A stretch of 25,252 nucleotides of DNA from an uncultured delta proteobacterium (GTDB lineage Bacteria; Myxococcota; Myxococcia; Myxococcales; Anaeromyxobacteraceae): contig CAWHDZ010000032.1 in the NCBI GenBank assembly GCA_963828255.1, positions 1 through 25,252 of the forward strand, read 5' to 3'. A program made the position numbers and the translations under genes. The stretch's first letter is position 1, and every line of letters begins with the position of its first letter. Positions 12,069 to 21,943 of this stretch are shown here, piece by piece. The notes under the pieces were generated by a model. That model worked only from the letters and a program-made list of their open reading frames with translations, had not been told where the DNA came from and did no database searches.

Positions 12069-13032
12069 CAAGAACGGCGCCTCCGAGGCGCTCTCCACCC
12101 CGGCGCGGGCCGGCAATCCCGGCGACCGCGCCTGGGGGTGGGCCATCACCGTCTTCGGGGGCGCACTCCTCGTCGTGGCCGGGCTCATCCTCCTCGAGCT
12201 GGGTCGCGTCGCCGCTCCGGCATGGGAGCACATCGGCCTGGGGAGGTTCCTCATCTCGAGCGACTGGGATCCGGTCCAGGAGAAGTTCGGCGCCCTGCCC
12301 TTCATCTACGGGACGCTGGTGACGAGCGGCGTCGCGCTCCTCATCGCACTGCCGGTCTCGGTCGGCCTCGCCCTCTTCCTCTCCGAGATGGGGCCGCGAC
12401 GACTCCGGGCCCCGGTGGCCTACTCCATCGAGGTCCTGGCGGCCATCCCCAGCGTCATCTACGGCCTCTGGGGACTGTTCATCCTGGTCCCCTGGCTGCG
12501 CAGCGACGTCCAGCCCTTCCTCCAGAGGACGCTGGGCTTCCTGCCCATCTTCAAGGGGCCGCCCATCGGGCTCGGTTTCCTGGCGGCCGGCGTCATCCTG
12601 TCCCTCATGATCCTGCCGACCATCGCGTCGGTGACCATCGAGGTGCTGAAGACGGTGCCCCCGGCCCTGAAGGAGGGCGCGCTGGCGCTCGGCGCCACCC
12701 GCTGGGAGTCGATCCGCATCTCCGTGCTCCCCTACGCACGCCCCGGGATCATCGGCGCCTCGCTCCTCGGACTGGGGCGCGCGCTCGGCGAGACCATGGC
12801 GGTCACCATGGTCATCGGCAACTCGCCGGAGATCCACGCCTCCCTCTTCGCGCCCGGCTACTCGCTTCCGGCGGTCATCGCCAACGAGTTCGCCGAGGCC
12901 ACCGGCGACGTCCACGTGGGCGCGCTGGCCGCACTCGGGCTCGTGCTCTTCGGCATCACGCTCATCCTGAACGCCCTGGCGCGCCTGCTGGTCGAGGCGG
13001 TGGGTCGCGGACCGAAGGGGGTGCGGGCGTGA
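12055..13032 (+). CDS. pstC: Phosphate ABC transporter permease; start uncertain
   Basis: [36 protein letters not shown] and [13 protein letters not shown] motifs. Confidence 0.95.
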   Translation: MPESSKNGASEALSTPARAGNPGDRAWGWAITVFGGALLVVAGLILLELGRVAAPAWEHIGLGRFLISSDWDPVQEKFGALPFIYGTLVTSGVALLIALPVSVGLALFLSEMGPRRLRAPVAYSIEVLAAIPSVIYGLWGLFILVPWLRSDVQPFLQRTLGFLPIFKGPPIGLGFLAAGVILSLMILPTIASVTIEVLKTVPPALKEGALALGATRWESIRISVLPYARPGIIGASLLGLGRALGETMAVTMVIGNSPEIHASLFAPGYSLPAVIANEFAEATGDVHVGALAALGLVLFGITLILNALARLLVEAVGRGPKGVRA

Positions 13033-13877
13033 ACCGGCTTCGCTGGCGCAAGGGGGTCGACCTCTTCTGGACCGTGGTGAGCGGAGCGGCCGTGCTGGCC
13101 GCCGTGATTCCCCTCGCCTCGCTCCTGTGGCTCGTCGTCTCGCACGGCCTCCCCGGCCTCACCCCGAGCTTCTTCACGAGCCTGCCGACCCCAGTCGGGG
13201 AGCCCGGAGGCGGGGTGGGAAACGCCATCGTGGGAACGCTCTTCATGGTGGGGATCGCGAGCCTCATGGCGCTCCCCGTGGGCATCGGCGCGGGGATCTT
13301 CCTGGCCGAGAAGGGGGACGGGAAGCTGGGGGGCGTCGTCCGCTTCACCGCCGAGGTGCTCTCCGGCGTGCCATCCATCGTCGTCGGGATCGTGGCCTAC
13401 GGCCTCGTGGTCGCCCCCATGAAGCGTTTCTCCGCGCTGGCCGGAGGGGTGGCGCTGGCCCTCCTCATGGTGCCGTCGCTGGCCCGCTCCACCGAGGAGT
13501 TCATCCGGCTCGTCCCCCAGGCGCTGCGCGAGGCGTCGCTGGCGCTGGGGGTCCCCGCCTGGAAGACCAGCCTCCGCGTGGTCCTCCGCACCGCGCTGGG
13601 CGGGATCGTCACCGCGGTGCTCCTCGCCGTGGCCCGCGCGGCCGGCGAGACCGCCCCGCTGCTCTTCACGGCGCTCAACAACCAGTACTGGAACACCGAT
13701 CCGTTCCAGCCCACCGCCTCGCTCACGGTGCAGATCTTCAACTACGCCATCAGCCCGTACGACGACTGGCACCAGAAGGCATGGACGGCCGCGCTGGTGC
13801 TGCTCCTCCTCGTGGGGCTCCTGAACCTCTTCGCGCGGTTCCTCTCCCGGAACCGGCTGCAGGGTGCCCCCAGATGA
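13029..13877 (+). CDS. pstA: Phosphate ABC transporter permease
   Basis: GTG 13029 overlaps the pst[20 protein letters not shown] and [13 protein letters not shown] motifs. Confidence 0.95.
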   Translation: MNRLRWRKGVDLFWTVVSGAAVLAAVIPLASLLWLVVSHGLPGLTPSFFTSLPTPVGEPGGGVGNAIVGTLFMVGIASLMALPVGIGAGIFLAEKGDGKLGGVVRFTAEVLSGVPSIVVGIVAYGLVVAPMKRFSALAGGVALALLMVPSLARSTEEFIRLVPQALREASLALGVPAWKTSLRVVLRTALGGIVTAVLLAVARAAGETAPLLFTALNNQYWNTDPFQPTASLTVQIFNYAISPYDDWHQKAWTAALVLLLLVGLLNLFARFLSRNRLQGAPR

Positions 13878-14740
13878 ACGCCGTCCAGGAGATCGCCCCG
13901 GTGAACACGCAATCTCGCCGCTCCATCGATTCCGTCGAGACGCCGGGCCGGATGCAGCCACCGGTCCCCGCCCCGGTGGCGTCCCCGGAGCCGCCCAAGC
14001 TCACGGTCGAGAAGCTCAACGCCTGGTACGGCAAGAACCACGCACTGCACGACGTGAACCTGACCGTTCCGCCCCGGTCGGTGACGGCGGCCATCGGCCC
14101 GTCCGGTTGCGGCAAGTCCACCTTCCTGCGCTGCCTGAACCGCATGCACGAGCTCATCCCCGGGGCACGGGCCGAGGGAACGCTCCTCATCGACGGCAAG
14201 AACCTGCTCGGGCGCGACGTCGACCCGGTGACCCTGCGGAGGCGGGTCGGAATGGTCTTCCAGCGGCCGAACCCGTTCCCCACCATGTCGATCAGGGACA
14301 ACGTGGCGGCGGGGCTGAAGCTGAACGGCGTTCCCGGGAACCACGGCGAGATCGTGGAGCGGACGCTGCGGCAGTCGGCCCTCTGGGACGAGGTGAAGGA
14401 CCGGCTCGACGCCAGCGCGCTCTCGCTCTCCGGCGGGCAGCAGCAGCGGCTCTGCATCGCCCGGGCGCTCGCCGTGCAGCCCGAGGTGCTCCTCATGGAC
14501 GAGCCGGCCAGCGCGCTCGACCCCATCGCCACGGCGAAGATCGAGGACCTGATCCACGAGCTCAAGGCGCGCTATACCATCGTCATCGTGACCCACAACA
14601 TGCAGCAGGCCGGGCGCGTGTCCGACCAGACCGCCTTCTTCTACATGGGCGACCTCATCGAGGTCGGGTCCACCGAGAAGATCTTCACCAACCCCTCGGA
14701 GAAGCGCACCGAGGACTACGTCACCGGGAAGTTCGGGTAG
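13874..14740 (+). CDS. pstB: Phosphate ABC transporter ATP-binding protein
   Basis: ATGA overlap with pst[36 protein letters not shown] and [10 protein letters not shown] motifs. Confidence 0.97.
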   Translation: MNAVQEIAPVNTQSRRSIDSVETPGRMQPPVPAPVASPEPPKLTVEKLNAWYGKNHALHDVNLTVPPRSVTAAIGPSGCGKSTFLRCLNRMHELIPGARAEGTLLIDGKNLLGRDVDPVTLRRRVGMVFQRPNPFPTMSIRDNVAAGLKLNGVPGNHGEIVERTLRQSALWDEVKDRLDASALSLSGGQQQRLCIARALAVQPEVLLMDEPASALDPIATAKIEDLIHELKARYTIVIVTHNMQQAGRVSDQTAFFYMGDLIEVGSTEKIFTNPSEKRTEDYVTGKFG

Positions 14741-14743
14741 GCC

Positions 14744-15454
14744 ATGGCTCCGGAAACCCACACCGACAAGGTCTACGAGGCGGAGCTGGCGCAGCTGCGC
14801 GACCGGCTCCTCGTGATGGGCGGCAAGGTGGAGGCCGCCATCGCCGGAAGCGTGCGCGCCCTCACCGAGCGTGACTCGTCCCTGGCCGAGAAGGTCATCT
14901 CCGGCGACCGGGACGTGAACCGCACCGAGGTCGAGATCGACGAGATGTGCCGCCGACTCCTGGCGCTGCGCCAGCCGGCCGCCAGCGACCTGCGCTTCAT
15001 CACCACCGCGCTCAAGATCGTCACCGACCTGGAGCGCATGGGCGACCTGGCGGTGAACGTGGCCGAGCGGGCGCTCGACCTCACCCAGTCGCCGCCGTCG
15101 AAACCCTTCCATGACCTCACCGAGCTGGCCGACCTGTCGGCCATGCAGCTCGCCAAGGCGCTCGACTCCTTCGTGGAGCGGGACGTGAAGAAGGCCGAGG
15201 AGGTCATCGCCGACGACGACCGGCTCGACGCCCTCTACCACCGGCTCTTCAACGACCTCCTGGCCTACATGATGGAGGACTCGCGGGTCATCCGCAGGGC
15301 GACCTCCACCATGTTCGCCGCCAAGCAGCTGGAGCGCTTCGGCGACCACGCCACCAACGTCGCCGAGATGGTGGTCTACATGGTGCGCGGCACCGACGTG
15401 CGCCACCCGGGAAGCCGGAGCGGCGAGGGCGGGGCCGGGCCGGGCGCCAGGTAG
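14744..15454 (+). CDS. phoU: Phosphate signalling complex protein
   Basis: QPAASDLR, DLERMGDLA and LERFGDHATNVAE repeats, directly after pstB. Confidence 0.95.
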   Translation: MAPETHTDKVYEAELAQLRDRLLVMGGKVEAAIAGSVRALTERDSSLAEKVISGDRDVNRTEVEIDEMCRRLLALRQPAASDLRFITTALKIVTDLERMGDLAVNVAERALDLTQSPPSKPFHDLTELADLSAMQLAKALDSFVERDVKKAEEVIADDDRLDALYHRLFNDLLAYMMEDSRVIRRATSTMFAAKQLERFGDHATNVAEMVVYMVRGTDVRHPGSRSGEGGAGPGAR

Positions 15455-15837
15455 GGTCCCCGCGGATCCACCGGGAGTTCACGGGGCCGCCGCCGAGCCG
15501 CCACGTCGCGCGGGTAGCCTGTCCACCAACACGAACGTCGTCCTCCACGAGGCCCGCCTCTCGTCGCCGGGCGTCCTCGACGGGCGGGACGCGGCCCTCC
15601 GGCACGTGTTCGTCGAGGCTTCCGGAGGGCTCTTCCCGGAGGTCTCCCAGGTGGTGCTGGTGGGCGTCGAGGGCGCAGCCGGCGCCGAGGTGCGGGAGCG
15701 GCTCCTCCCCTCCGGGTGACGGCAAATCGTCACAGGCGCGCCGCGCAGACTCCACGCACGCCGCCGAGGATCGCCGCCGGTGCTGCTCCGGGGCGGTGGC
15801 GGGTCGGTGGGGAAGGGGCCTTCCTCGAGGAGACGAG

Positions 15838-16104
15838 ATGTCCAGCCATGACCTGTACGCGATCTACGCAGCGGCCTACGCCGAGTCGTCCCACTTCGAG
15901 AGCGGGCGGGCCATCGACCTGCCGTCGGGCCTGGCCCGGCGGCTGCGCCGTCTCCTCTCGGTGGAACGCACCATCGAGGAGCTGGCCCGTCACGACGCGA
16001 CCGACGGCCGCCCCATGCGGACGCCGGCCGAGTTCGAGGCGGCCCTGCACGAGGGCCGGCGGGTGCTGAACGGACTGGGAAGCGCGGTGGGAGCGGGGAT
16101 CTGA
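15838..16104 (+). CDS. Hypothetical protein (88 aa)
   Basis: GAGGAG precedes ATG 15838; codons are GC3-rich; the stop is 10 nt before the next gene. Confidence 0.7.
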   Translation: MSSHDLYAIYAAAYAESSHFESGRAIDLPSGLARRLRRLLSVERTIEELARHDATDGRPMRTPAEFEAALHEGRRVLNGLGSAVGAGI

Positions 16105-16114
16105 ACGAAGGACC

Positions 16115-17218
16115 GTGGAGGTGCGCGTGGGCTCGATCCTGTTTGCGGTGGCGGCGCTGGGGCTCATCGCCTCCATCGTCCAGCTCGTCCTCCTCCGTCT
16201 GCACCTCCGCTCCGCCTCCCGGAAGCCCTGCCCGCTGCCTCCCATCTCCATCCTGAAGCCGCTCTGCGGGGTGGACGACGACCTCGAGGCCAACCTGGCC
16301 TCCTTCGCCTCCCTGGACTACCCGTCCTACGAGGTGGTCCTCGGGGTGCGGGACCGGAGCGACCCGGCCTTGAACCCGAAGGTGAACCAGCTCATCGGCC
16401 TCGCCGCCGCGGCCCGCCACGACGTCCTGCTGGTGAGCGACTCGAACGTGCGCGCGCCGGACGGCTACCTCGACGACGTGGCGCGCCACCTGGCCGAGCC
16501 GGGCGTCGGGCTCGTCACCCACCCGGTGGGCGGGGTGGGCGAGGAGTCCCTGGGTTCCACGCTGGACAACCTGCAGGCCTCGTCGGCCGTGGGGCCGGCC
16601 ACCGTGGCTGTGAAGCGGCTCACCGGACGGGACGTCGTGGTCGGCAAGTCGATGGCGCTCCGCCGGGCCGACCTGGCCGCCATGGGCGGGTTCGAGTCGG
16701 TGCGCGACGTCCTGGCCGAGGACTACGTACTCGGAGTGAAGGTGACCCGGGAGCTCGGGAAGCGGGTGGCCATCGGATCCGTGGCCATCCCGGCGGTGAG
16801 CGGGCGGCGGGACGTGGCCGGCTTCCTCTCGCGCTACGGCCGCTGGTGCGTCATGCAGCGGAAGATCGCCGGCACTCCGGTCTACGCCGCCCAGGCGCTT
16901 CTCTACCCGCTCCCCTTCGCCCTGGCTGGACTGGCCCTCGCCCCCGGGACCTGGGCGCTGCCGGTCATGCTCCTCGTCTGGATGTCGAAGGCTCTCCTCG
17001 ACGGCGCCACCGCGCGAATCCTGCGCGGGACCGGTTTCGGCGCCCGGGTCCTCTGGCTCTCTCCCCTGAAGGATTTCCTCTTCCTCTTCGCATTCGTCCG
17101 GGCCTTCGGAGAAAATTCCGTGGAATGGCGGGGCAATCGCTTGATCGTCCAGGCCGGGTCCAGGCTGCGGCGGGCCGGCGATCCATCCTCGGACGGGGTG
17201 CTCGCGCTGGAGCGGTGA
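16115..17218 (+). CDS. Ceramide glucosyltransferase/HpnI-like glycosyltransferase (GT-A fold)
   Basis: N-terminal TM, ISILKPLCG, NPKVNQL, VSDSNV, GKSMALRR, LAEDY, YGRW, C-terminal TMs and VEWRG. Appears to have an internal in-frame deletion near 16370. Confidence 0.85.
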   Translation: MEVRVGSILFAVAALGLIASIVQLVLLRLHLRSASRKPCPLPPISILKPLCGVDDDLEANLASFASLDYPSYEVVLGVRDRSDPALNPKVNQLIGLAAAARHDVLLVSDSNVRAPDGYLDDVARHLAEPGVGLVTHPVGGVGEESLGSTLDNLQASSAVGPATVAVKRLTGRDVVVGKSMALRRADLAAMGGFESVRDVLAEDYVLGVKVTRELGKRVAIGSVAIPAVSGRRDVAGFLSRYGRWCVMQRKIAGTPVYAAQALLYPLPFALAGLALAPGTWALPVMLLVWMSKALLDGATARILRGTGFGARVLWLSPLKDFLFLFAFVRAFGENSVEWRGNRLIVQAGSRLRRAGDPSSDGVLALER

Positions 17219-17296
17219 GCACCCGTTTTCCCCCCAACGGGCCGGGCAAGCGAGCCCCGACCGTTGTAGATCCTGGGCATCCCAGGGAGGATCCAG

Positions 17297-17533
17297 ATGC
17301 GCGGCAAGCGGGAACGACTCTTCGAATGCACCTACGGCATCCCCGGCGAGGAACGGAAGGTGGTCTTCCGCGCCTGGACGCCCGTCGAGGCGGCCGCCGG
17401 CGTCGAGGAGGCCCTGCAGGGCGCCGGCATTCCCCTGACCGGGGCGATCACCGTCCGTGACGCGCGCGGGCGCGTGGTCCTGACGGTGCCCGTCCGCCCC
17501 TTCAACCAGTCCGGGATCTCCGGCGCGGCCTGA
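17297..17533 (+). CDS. Hypothetical protein (78 aa)
   Basis: GGGAGG precedes the ATG and codon usage looks coding. Confidence 0.65.
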   Translation: MRGKRERLFECTYGIPGEERKVVFRAWTPVEAAAGVEEALQGAGIPLTGAITVRDARGRVVLTVPVRPFNQSGISGAA

Positions 17534-17617
17534 GTTCGAGTCGCCCCCCGAACGTTGCAGGGCCGCCATGCGGTCCGGGTTACCTTCTCCTCACTCATGG
17601 CGAAGGGCGACCACGCG

Positions 17618-18430
17618 ATGCGGACCCTGGTGCACCTCTCCGATCTCCACATCGGGCGGGACGAGGCCACCGACGAGGCCGCGCGGAGCCTGGCCAGGAT
17701 GCTCGCCGCGGCCCGCGTCGACCAGGTGCTGCTCACCGGCGACGTCACCCACCGTGGAATGGCCAGGGAGCTGGCCCGCTACGAGCGGATCTTCGCCCCT
17801 CTCCTCGAGGAGGGGCGGCTCACCGCAGTACCCGGCAACCACGACCGCATGGGCGACGACGCCGCGCGCGGACTGATGCGGGGGGGACGGGTGGCCATCA
17901 CGTCGGTGCCCGGGCTCCACGTGGTCCGGCTGGACTCGACCGCGCCGCACAACCGCTCCCTCATCGACGGGCACGGCGCCCTCTCCGTCCAGGACGTGGC
18001 CGACGTGCGGATCGCGCTGGAGGAGACGCCGGCGGGCGCGCTCCCGGTGGTGATACTGCACCACCACGTGCTTCCACTCCCGGTCGAGGACCTGGCCGAG
18101 AGGCTGGCCACCCTGGTGGGGTTGCCCTGCGCCGACGAGCTTCCACTCGGGGAAGATCTACTGGGACGGATCCTGGGGCGCTGCAAGCTGGTGCTCCACG
18201 GCCACCGGCACGTCCCCGCCGAGTTCCGCGTCGCCCCACCCGGCGGCGCGATGCCCATGCGCATCCTCAACGCCGGGAGCTCGACGATGCTCGGACGGGC
18301 GCGGATCATCGCGCACGCGGCCGGGGAGATCGCCTGGGAAGGATGGCTCGCGACCGAGATGGTTGCCGCCCGGTCCTGGAGCCCGGCGAAGCGGGCGCGC
18401 CCCATCGGCGAGGCCGTCGCGGCGGCATAG
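17618..18430 (+). CDS. Calcineurin-like metallophosphoesterase (CpdA/Icc-like)
   Basis: HLSDLH, TGD, PGNHD, HHH and HGHRH motifs; no signal peptide. Start placed at MRTLVHLSD. Confidence 0.88.
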   Translation: MRTLVHLSDLHIGRDEATDEAARSLARMLAAARVDQVLLTGDVTHRGMARELARYERIFAPLLEEGRLTAVPGNHDRMGDDAARGLMRGGRVAITSVPGLHVVRLDSTAPHNRSLIDGHGALSVQDVADVRIALEETPAGALPVVILHHHVLPLPVEDLAERLATLVGLPCADELPLGEDLLGRILGRCKLVLHGHRHVPAEFRVAPPGGAMPMRILNAGSSTMLGRARIIAHAAGEIAWEGWLATEMVAARSWSPAKRARPIGEAVAAA

Positions 18431-18443
18431 GCCGGCCCCCTTT

Positions 18444-19498
18444 TCACGGCCCGCGCGGCGGCGCGCCCTCGCCCAGGTGTTCGCGCAGGCGGCGGTAGTC
18501 GGGCCAGAGCGCCTGCACGAGGAGCCGATCCCCATCGGCGACGCGGGTGTCCCCGGCGGGTGCGGCCGCACGGCCCCGCTCCGCTCCAGCGAGAGGGTGA
18601 GCGCCCCGAAGCGATCCCGGAGCCCGGCCACCGTGAGGGCGGCGAGCGGAGCCGCGGCCACGAAGTCGGACACCACGAAGAGGTGCTCGCCGGACTGGAA
18701 GGAGTTGCGCACGCGGGGATCGAGCGCCGCGATGGCGAGCGCCGGGGCGGCCAGGCCCGACGCCGACAGCGCCTCGGCCCCGAAGCCCTCCCGCACCTTG
18801 CGCGCCAGGTCGTCGTCGAACACCCGGATGACCACCCGGATGGCCGGGCTCTCCCGGCGCGCGTCGAGGGCCACGTTCAGGTTCACCAGGTCGTCGTCGG
18901 TCGAGCAGACGACGGCCGAGGCCCGGGCCACGTTGCACCGTCCCAGCGCCCCCGGGGTGCGCGCGTCCTCCAGCAGGACGGGCACTCCCTCCTCCCGCAG
19001 CGCCGCCGCGAGCGGGGCGTCGGCCCGGTTCTCCAGGACGACCACGTCCCGCCCCAGCGCCCGCAGGTGCTCGGTCACCCGGTACCCGACCCGCCCGGCT
19101 CCGACGACGATGACGTGCTGGTCCATGCCCTGTGTCCTCACGGCGATCCACTCCTTGGCGTGTCCGCGCTTTGCGAAGAAGAGGTGTCCGAACCGAACCA
19201 CGCCGTCGGCCAGGACCGCCACCCCCAGGAGCGGGACCAGCACGTTGAGCACTTCCATGGGAACGCTGTCGGTGTAGGGGAGCGACGGGTTCCCGAAGAG
19301 GAGGAAGTAGACGTGGTGCGCCGCGGCGCCCCAGCCCACCCGCTGGCCAGCCGGTCCGCGCCAGCCCCAGACGTAGAGGAGGGGGACCACCCCGAACAGA
19401 GCCGAGGCGAGGAGGAAGGTGAGGCGGAACTGCCGAAGCAGGGCCGTCAGGTAGCGCAGGTCGGCGACGAGCCGGGATGCGGCCGTGGACGGGGGCAC
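18444..19498 (-). CDS. Potassium-channel-family protein with TrkA-N (RCK) domain, with one frameshift near 18552
   Basis: Two TM segments, then HVIVVGAGRVG, EDAR, TDDDLVNL and VVIRVFD. Adding one base to the C4 run at 18551-18554 restores ...PHPPGDTRVADGDRLLV... ending at TGA 18444. The GTG 19498 start is tentative. Confidence 0.8.
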
Positions 19499-19686
19499 CC
19501 GTGAATCTCTAGCACGGTGCGAATGCCTAAGCCGCCCGGGTCCAGGCCTCGGAGACCGCAGCGGCCGTGGTGGACAGGGTCCGCTCCAGGAACCCGGCCA
19601 GGACGGAGGCGAGGGCGAGCGGGGCCGTGATGCGCCCGTTCGCGTCCAGACGTGCCGATGGCGATTCCACAACGGTTCGACGACGT

Positions 19687-19842
19687 TCAATCGATCAGTT
19701 GCCGCAGCGCGAAGAGCACCATTGCCGTTCCCAGTCCGAGTTCCCAGCCCGGCCATTGGTCGAGGAGCACGAACCCGGCCAGGGGGATGAGCCCCACCAG
19801 GAGCAGCATCACGGTGGATCCGTCCAGGTCTCGAAGGGTCAT
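19687..19842 (-). CDS. Small two-TM membrane protein (51 aa), below the ORF-track cutoff
   Basis: MTLRDLDGSTVMLLLVGLIPLAGFVLLDQWPGWELGLGTAMVLFALRQLID*, from ATG 19842 to TGA 19687. It starts just downstream of the leftward promoter. Confidence 0.6.
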   Translation of the reverse strand: MTLRDLDGSTVMLLLVGLIPLAGFVLLDQWPGWELGLGTAMVLFALRQLID

Positions 19843-19859
19843 CGGCGCCACCCGACCCG

Positions 19860-20022
19860 AGGCTAGCGCGCAAGGGATCAGGGGGACGTCAAGGTGTCGC
19901 GCGAGAGCGTCAAGATCGGGTCAAGACCGGAGGCGTCCCGCCGGACGCGGGACCTTCTTGATGCGTTCTTGACGGCGGGCGGTCCCCTCTTGAACCCCCG
20001 CTGACGCTCCGCCGCCTATCTT
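19860..20022. promoter_or_regulatory. Mirror-symmetric divergent promoter with two arrays of CTTGA(C) boxes, OmpR-family type
   Basis: Plus-strand boxes start at 19957, 19968, 19989 and 20000, followed by TATCTT at 20017. Minus-strand boxes start at 19925, 19914, 19893 and 19882, followed by TAGCCT at 19865. Both sides have 11/21/11 spacing and an 11-nt gap to the -10. Confidence 0.75.
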
Positions 20023-20071
20023 CCGCACCGTTCCACCGGCGCATCGTGGCGGGCCGTGGAGGGAGAGACCA

Positions 20072-21925
20072 GTGTCACCCAATCTTCGTCGCGCCCTCTT
20101 CGGCGCGCCCCGGGACATCAACGACCCGCGGACCTTCCACAGCGTCTCCCTCATCGCCCTGCTCGCCTGGGTGGGGCTGGGCGCCGACGGGCTCTCCTCG
20201 TCGGCCTACGGTCCCGACGAGCTCTACCGGGCGATCGGGGACCTCCACTTCCTCGCCCCCGCGCTGGCGCTCGCCACGGCCGGAACCGTTCTCCTCATCT
20301 CGATCGCCTACTCGCGGATCATCGAGCACTTCCCCTTCGGCGGCGGCGGGTACGTGGGGCGACGCGCCTGCTCGGCTCGGGAGCCGGCCTCGTCTCCGGC
20401 TCCGCACTGCTCGTGGACTACGTCCTCACCATCTCGGTGTCGATCGCCGCCGGGGGGGAGGCCGTCTGGAGCTTCCTCCCTCCCCACCTCGCGGGCTGGA
20501 AGGTGCCCGCAGAGGCGGGGGCCATCCTCCTGCTCGTTGTCCTCAATTTGCGGGGAGTGAAGGAGTCGGTGAGCGTCCTCGCACCGATCTTCCTGGCCTT
20601 CCTGGTCACCCACGCCATCCTCATCTTCGGCGGCATTGGCAGCCACCTCGGCGAGGCGCCGGCGATCGCCACCGAGCTCGCGCAGCAGGGGCGGACCGCG
20701 GTGGGCACGATGGGGTGGACGGCCATCGCCGGGATCTTCATCTACGCCTACTCGATGGGCGCCGGCACCTACACCGGCATCGAGGCGGTCTCGAATGGCC
20801 TCCAGATCATGAGGGAGCCGCGCGTGGCCACGGCGAAGCGGACCATGACGTACATGGCCATCTCGCTCTCGGTGACCGCTGGAGGCATCCTCGTCGCCTA
20901 CCTCCTCTTCCGGGTCGCGCCCGTGGAGGGGAAGACCATGAACGCAGTGCTGCTCGAGAACTTCGCCGGGCACTGGAGCACGGGCGGCCTGCCGGTGGGG
21001 CGCTGGTTCGTGACCGGGACGCTGGTCATCGAGGCGGCGCTGCTCTTCGTGGCCGCCCAGGCCGGCTTCCTCGACGGGCCGCGTGTGATGTCCAACATGG
21101 CCATCGACAGCTGGCTGCCCCACCGGTTCGCGTCCCTCTCCGACCGGCTGGTCACGCAGTCGGGGGTGCTGCTCATGGGCGGGGCGAGCCTGGCGACGCT
21201 GGTCTTCACCGGCGGTCACCTGGACCAGCTCGTCACCATGTACTCGATCAACGTCTTCGTGACCTTCTCGCTTTCCCAGGCGGCCATGCTCCGCTTCCAG
21301 TGGACCCACCGGGAGCGGAAGCGGTCCCGCGATCTCGCCATCCACGGGCTCACCTTCCTGCTCTGCGCCGGGATCCTCGTCGGGATCGTGTCGCAGAAGT
21401 TCCTCGCCGGCGGATGGGTGACCCTCGTGGTCACGGGAGCCGTGGTCGCGCTCTGCTCGTGGATTCACCGCCACTGCCTCGAGGTGCAGGTCCACCTCCG
21501 GCGGCTCGACGCGGATCATGGCGGCGCTTCCAGCGGCCCCGTCCGGACCCGCCCGCCCGCTGGACCCGAAGGCGCCGACGGCGGTCATGCTGGTGGGCTC
21601 CTACGCCGGGCTGGGCGTCCACGCGCTGCTCACCGTGCAGCGACTCTTCCCGGACCACTTCAAGGACGTGATCTTCCTGGCGGCGGCGGTCATCGACGCT
21701 CCGGCGATGATTGGATGAAGGAGGCGGACAGGTCCGGGAGCGCACCGAGGGCGCCCTGAAGCAGTACGTGGACCTGGCCCACCGTCTCGGGCTCTCCGCC
21801 GGGTACCGGCTCTCCGTGGCCACCGAGACCCTCCCCGAGGCCGAGCGCCTGGCCAACGAGGTGAACCGCGAGTTCCCCCGCTCGGTCTTCTTCGCGGGGA
21901 AGCTCTCTTCACGGTGGAGCGCCTG
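20072..21925 (+). pseudogene. KimA/YdaO-like APC-family permease (probable K+ transporter), multiply frameshifted and 3'-truncated
   Basis: GADGLSSSAYGPDE, FPFGGGGY, LLVDYVLTISVS, NLRGVKES, YTGIEAVSNG, GFLDGPRV and YSINVF motifs. Frame breaks near 20357, 21513, 21716, 21730 and 21907. Confidence 0.75.
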
Positions 21926-21943
21926 CCGGCCGGACATCACCAA

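Noticed and set aside
19500..20071. c-di-AMP (ydaO) riboswitch upstream of the KimA-like gene
   Set aside because: I could not find its conserved segments by eye, and the predicted leader is only about 45 nt. An Infernal search with the ydaO-yuaA model would settle it.
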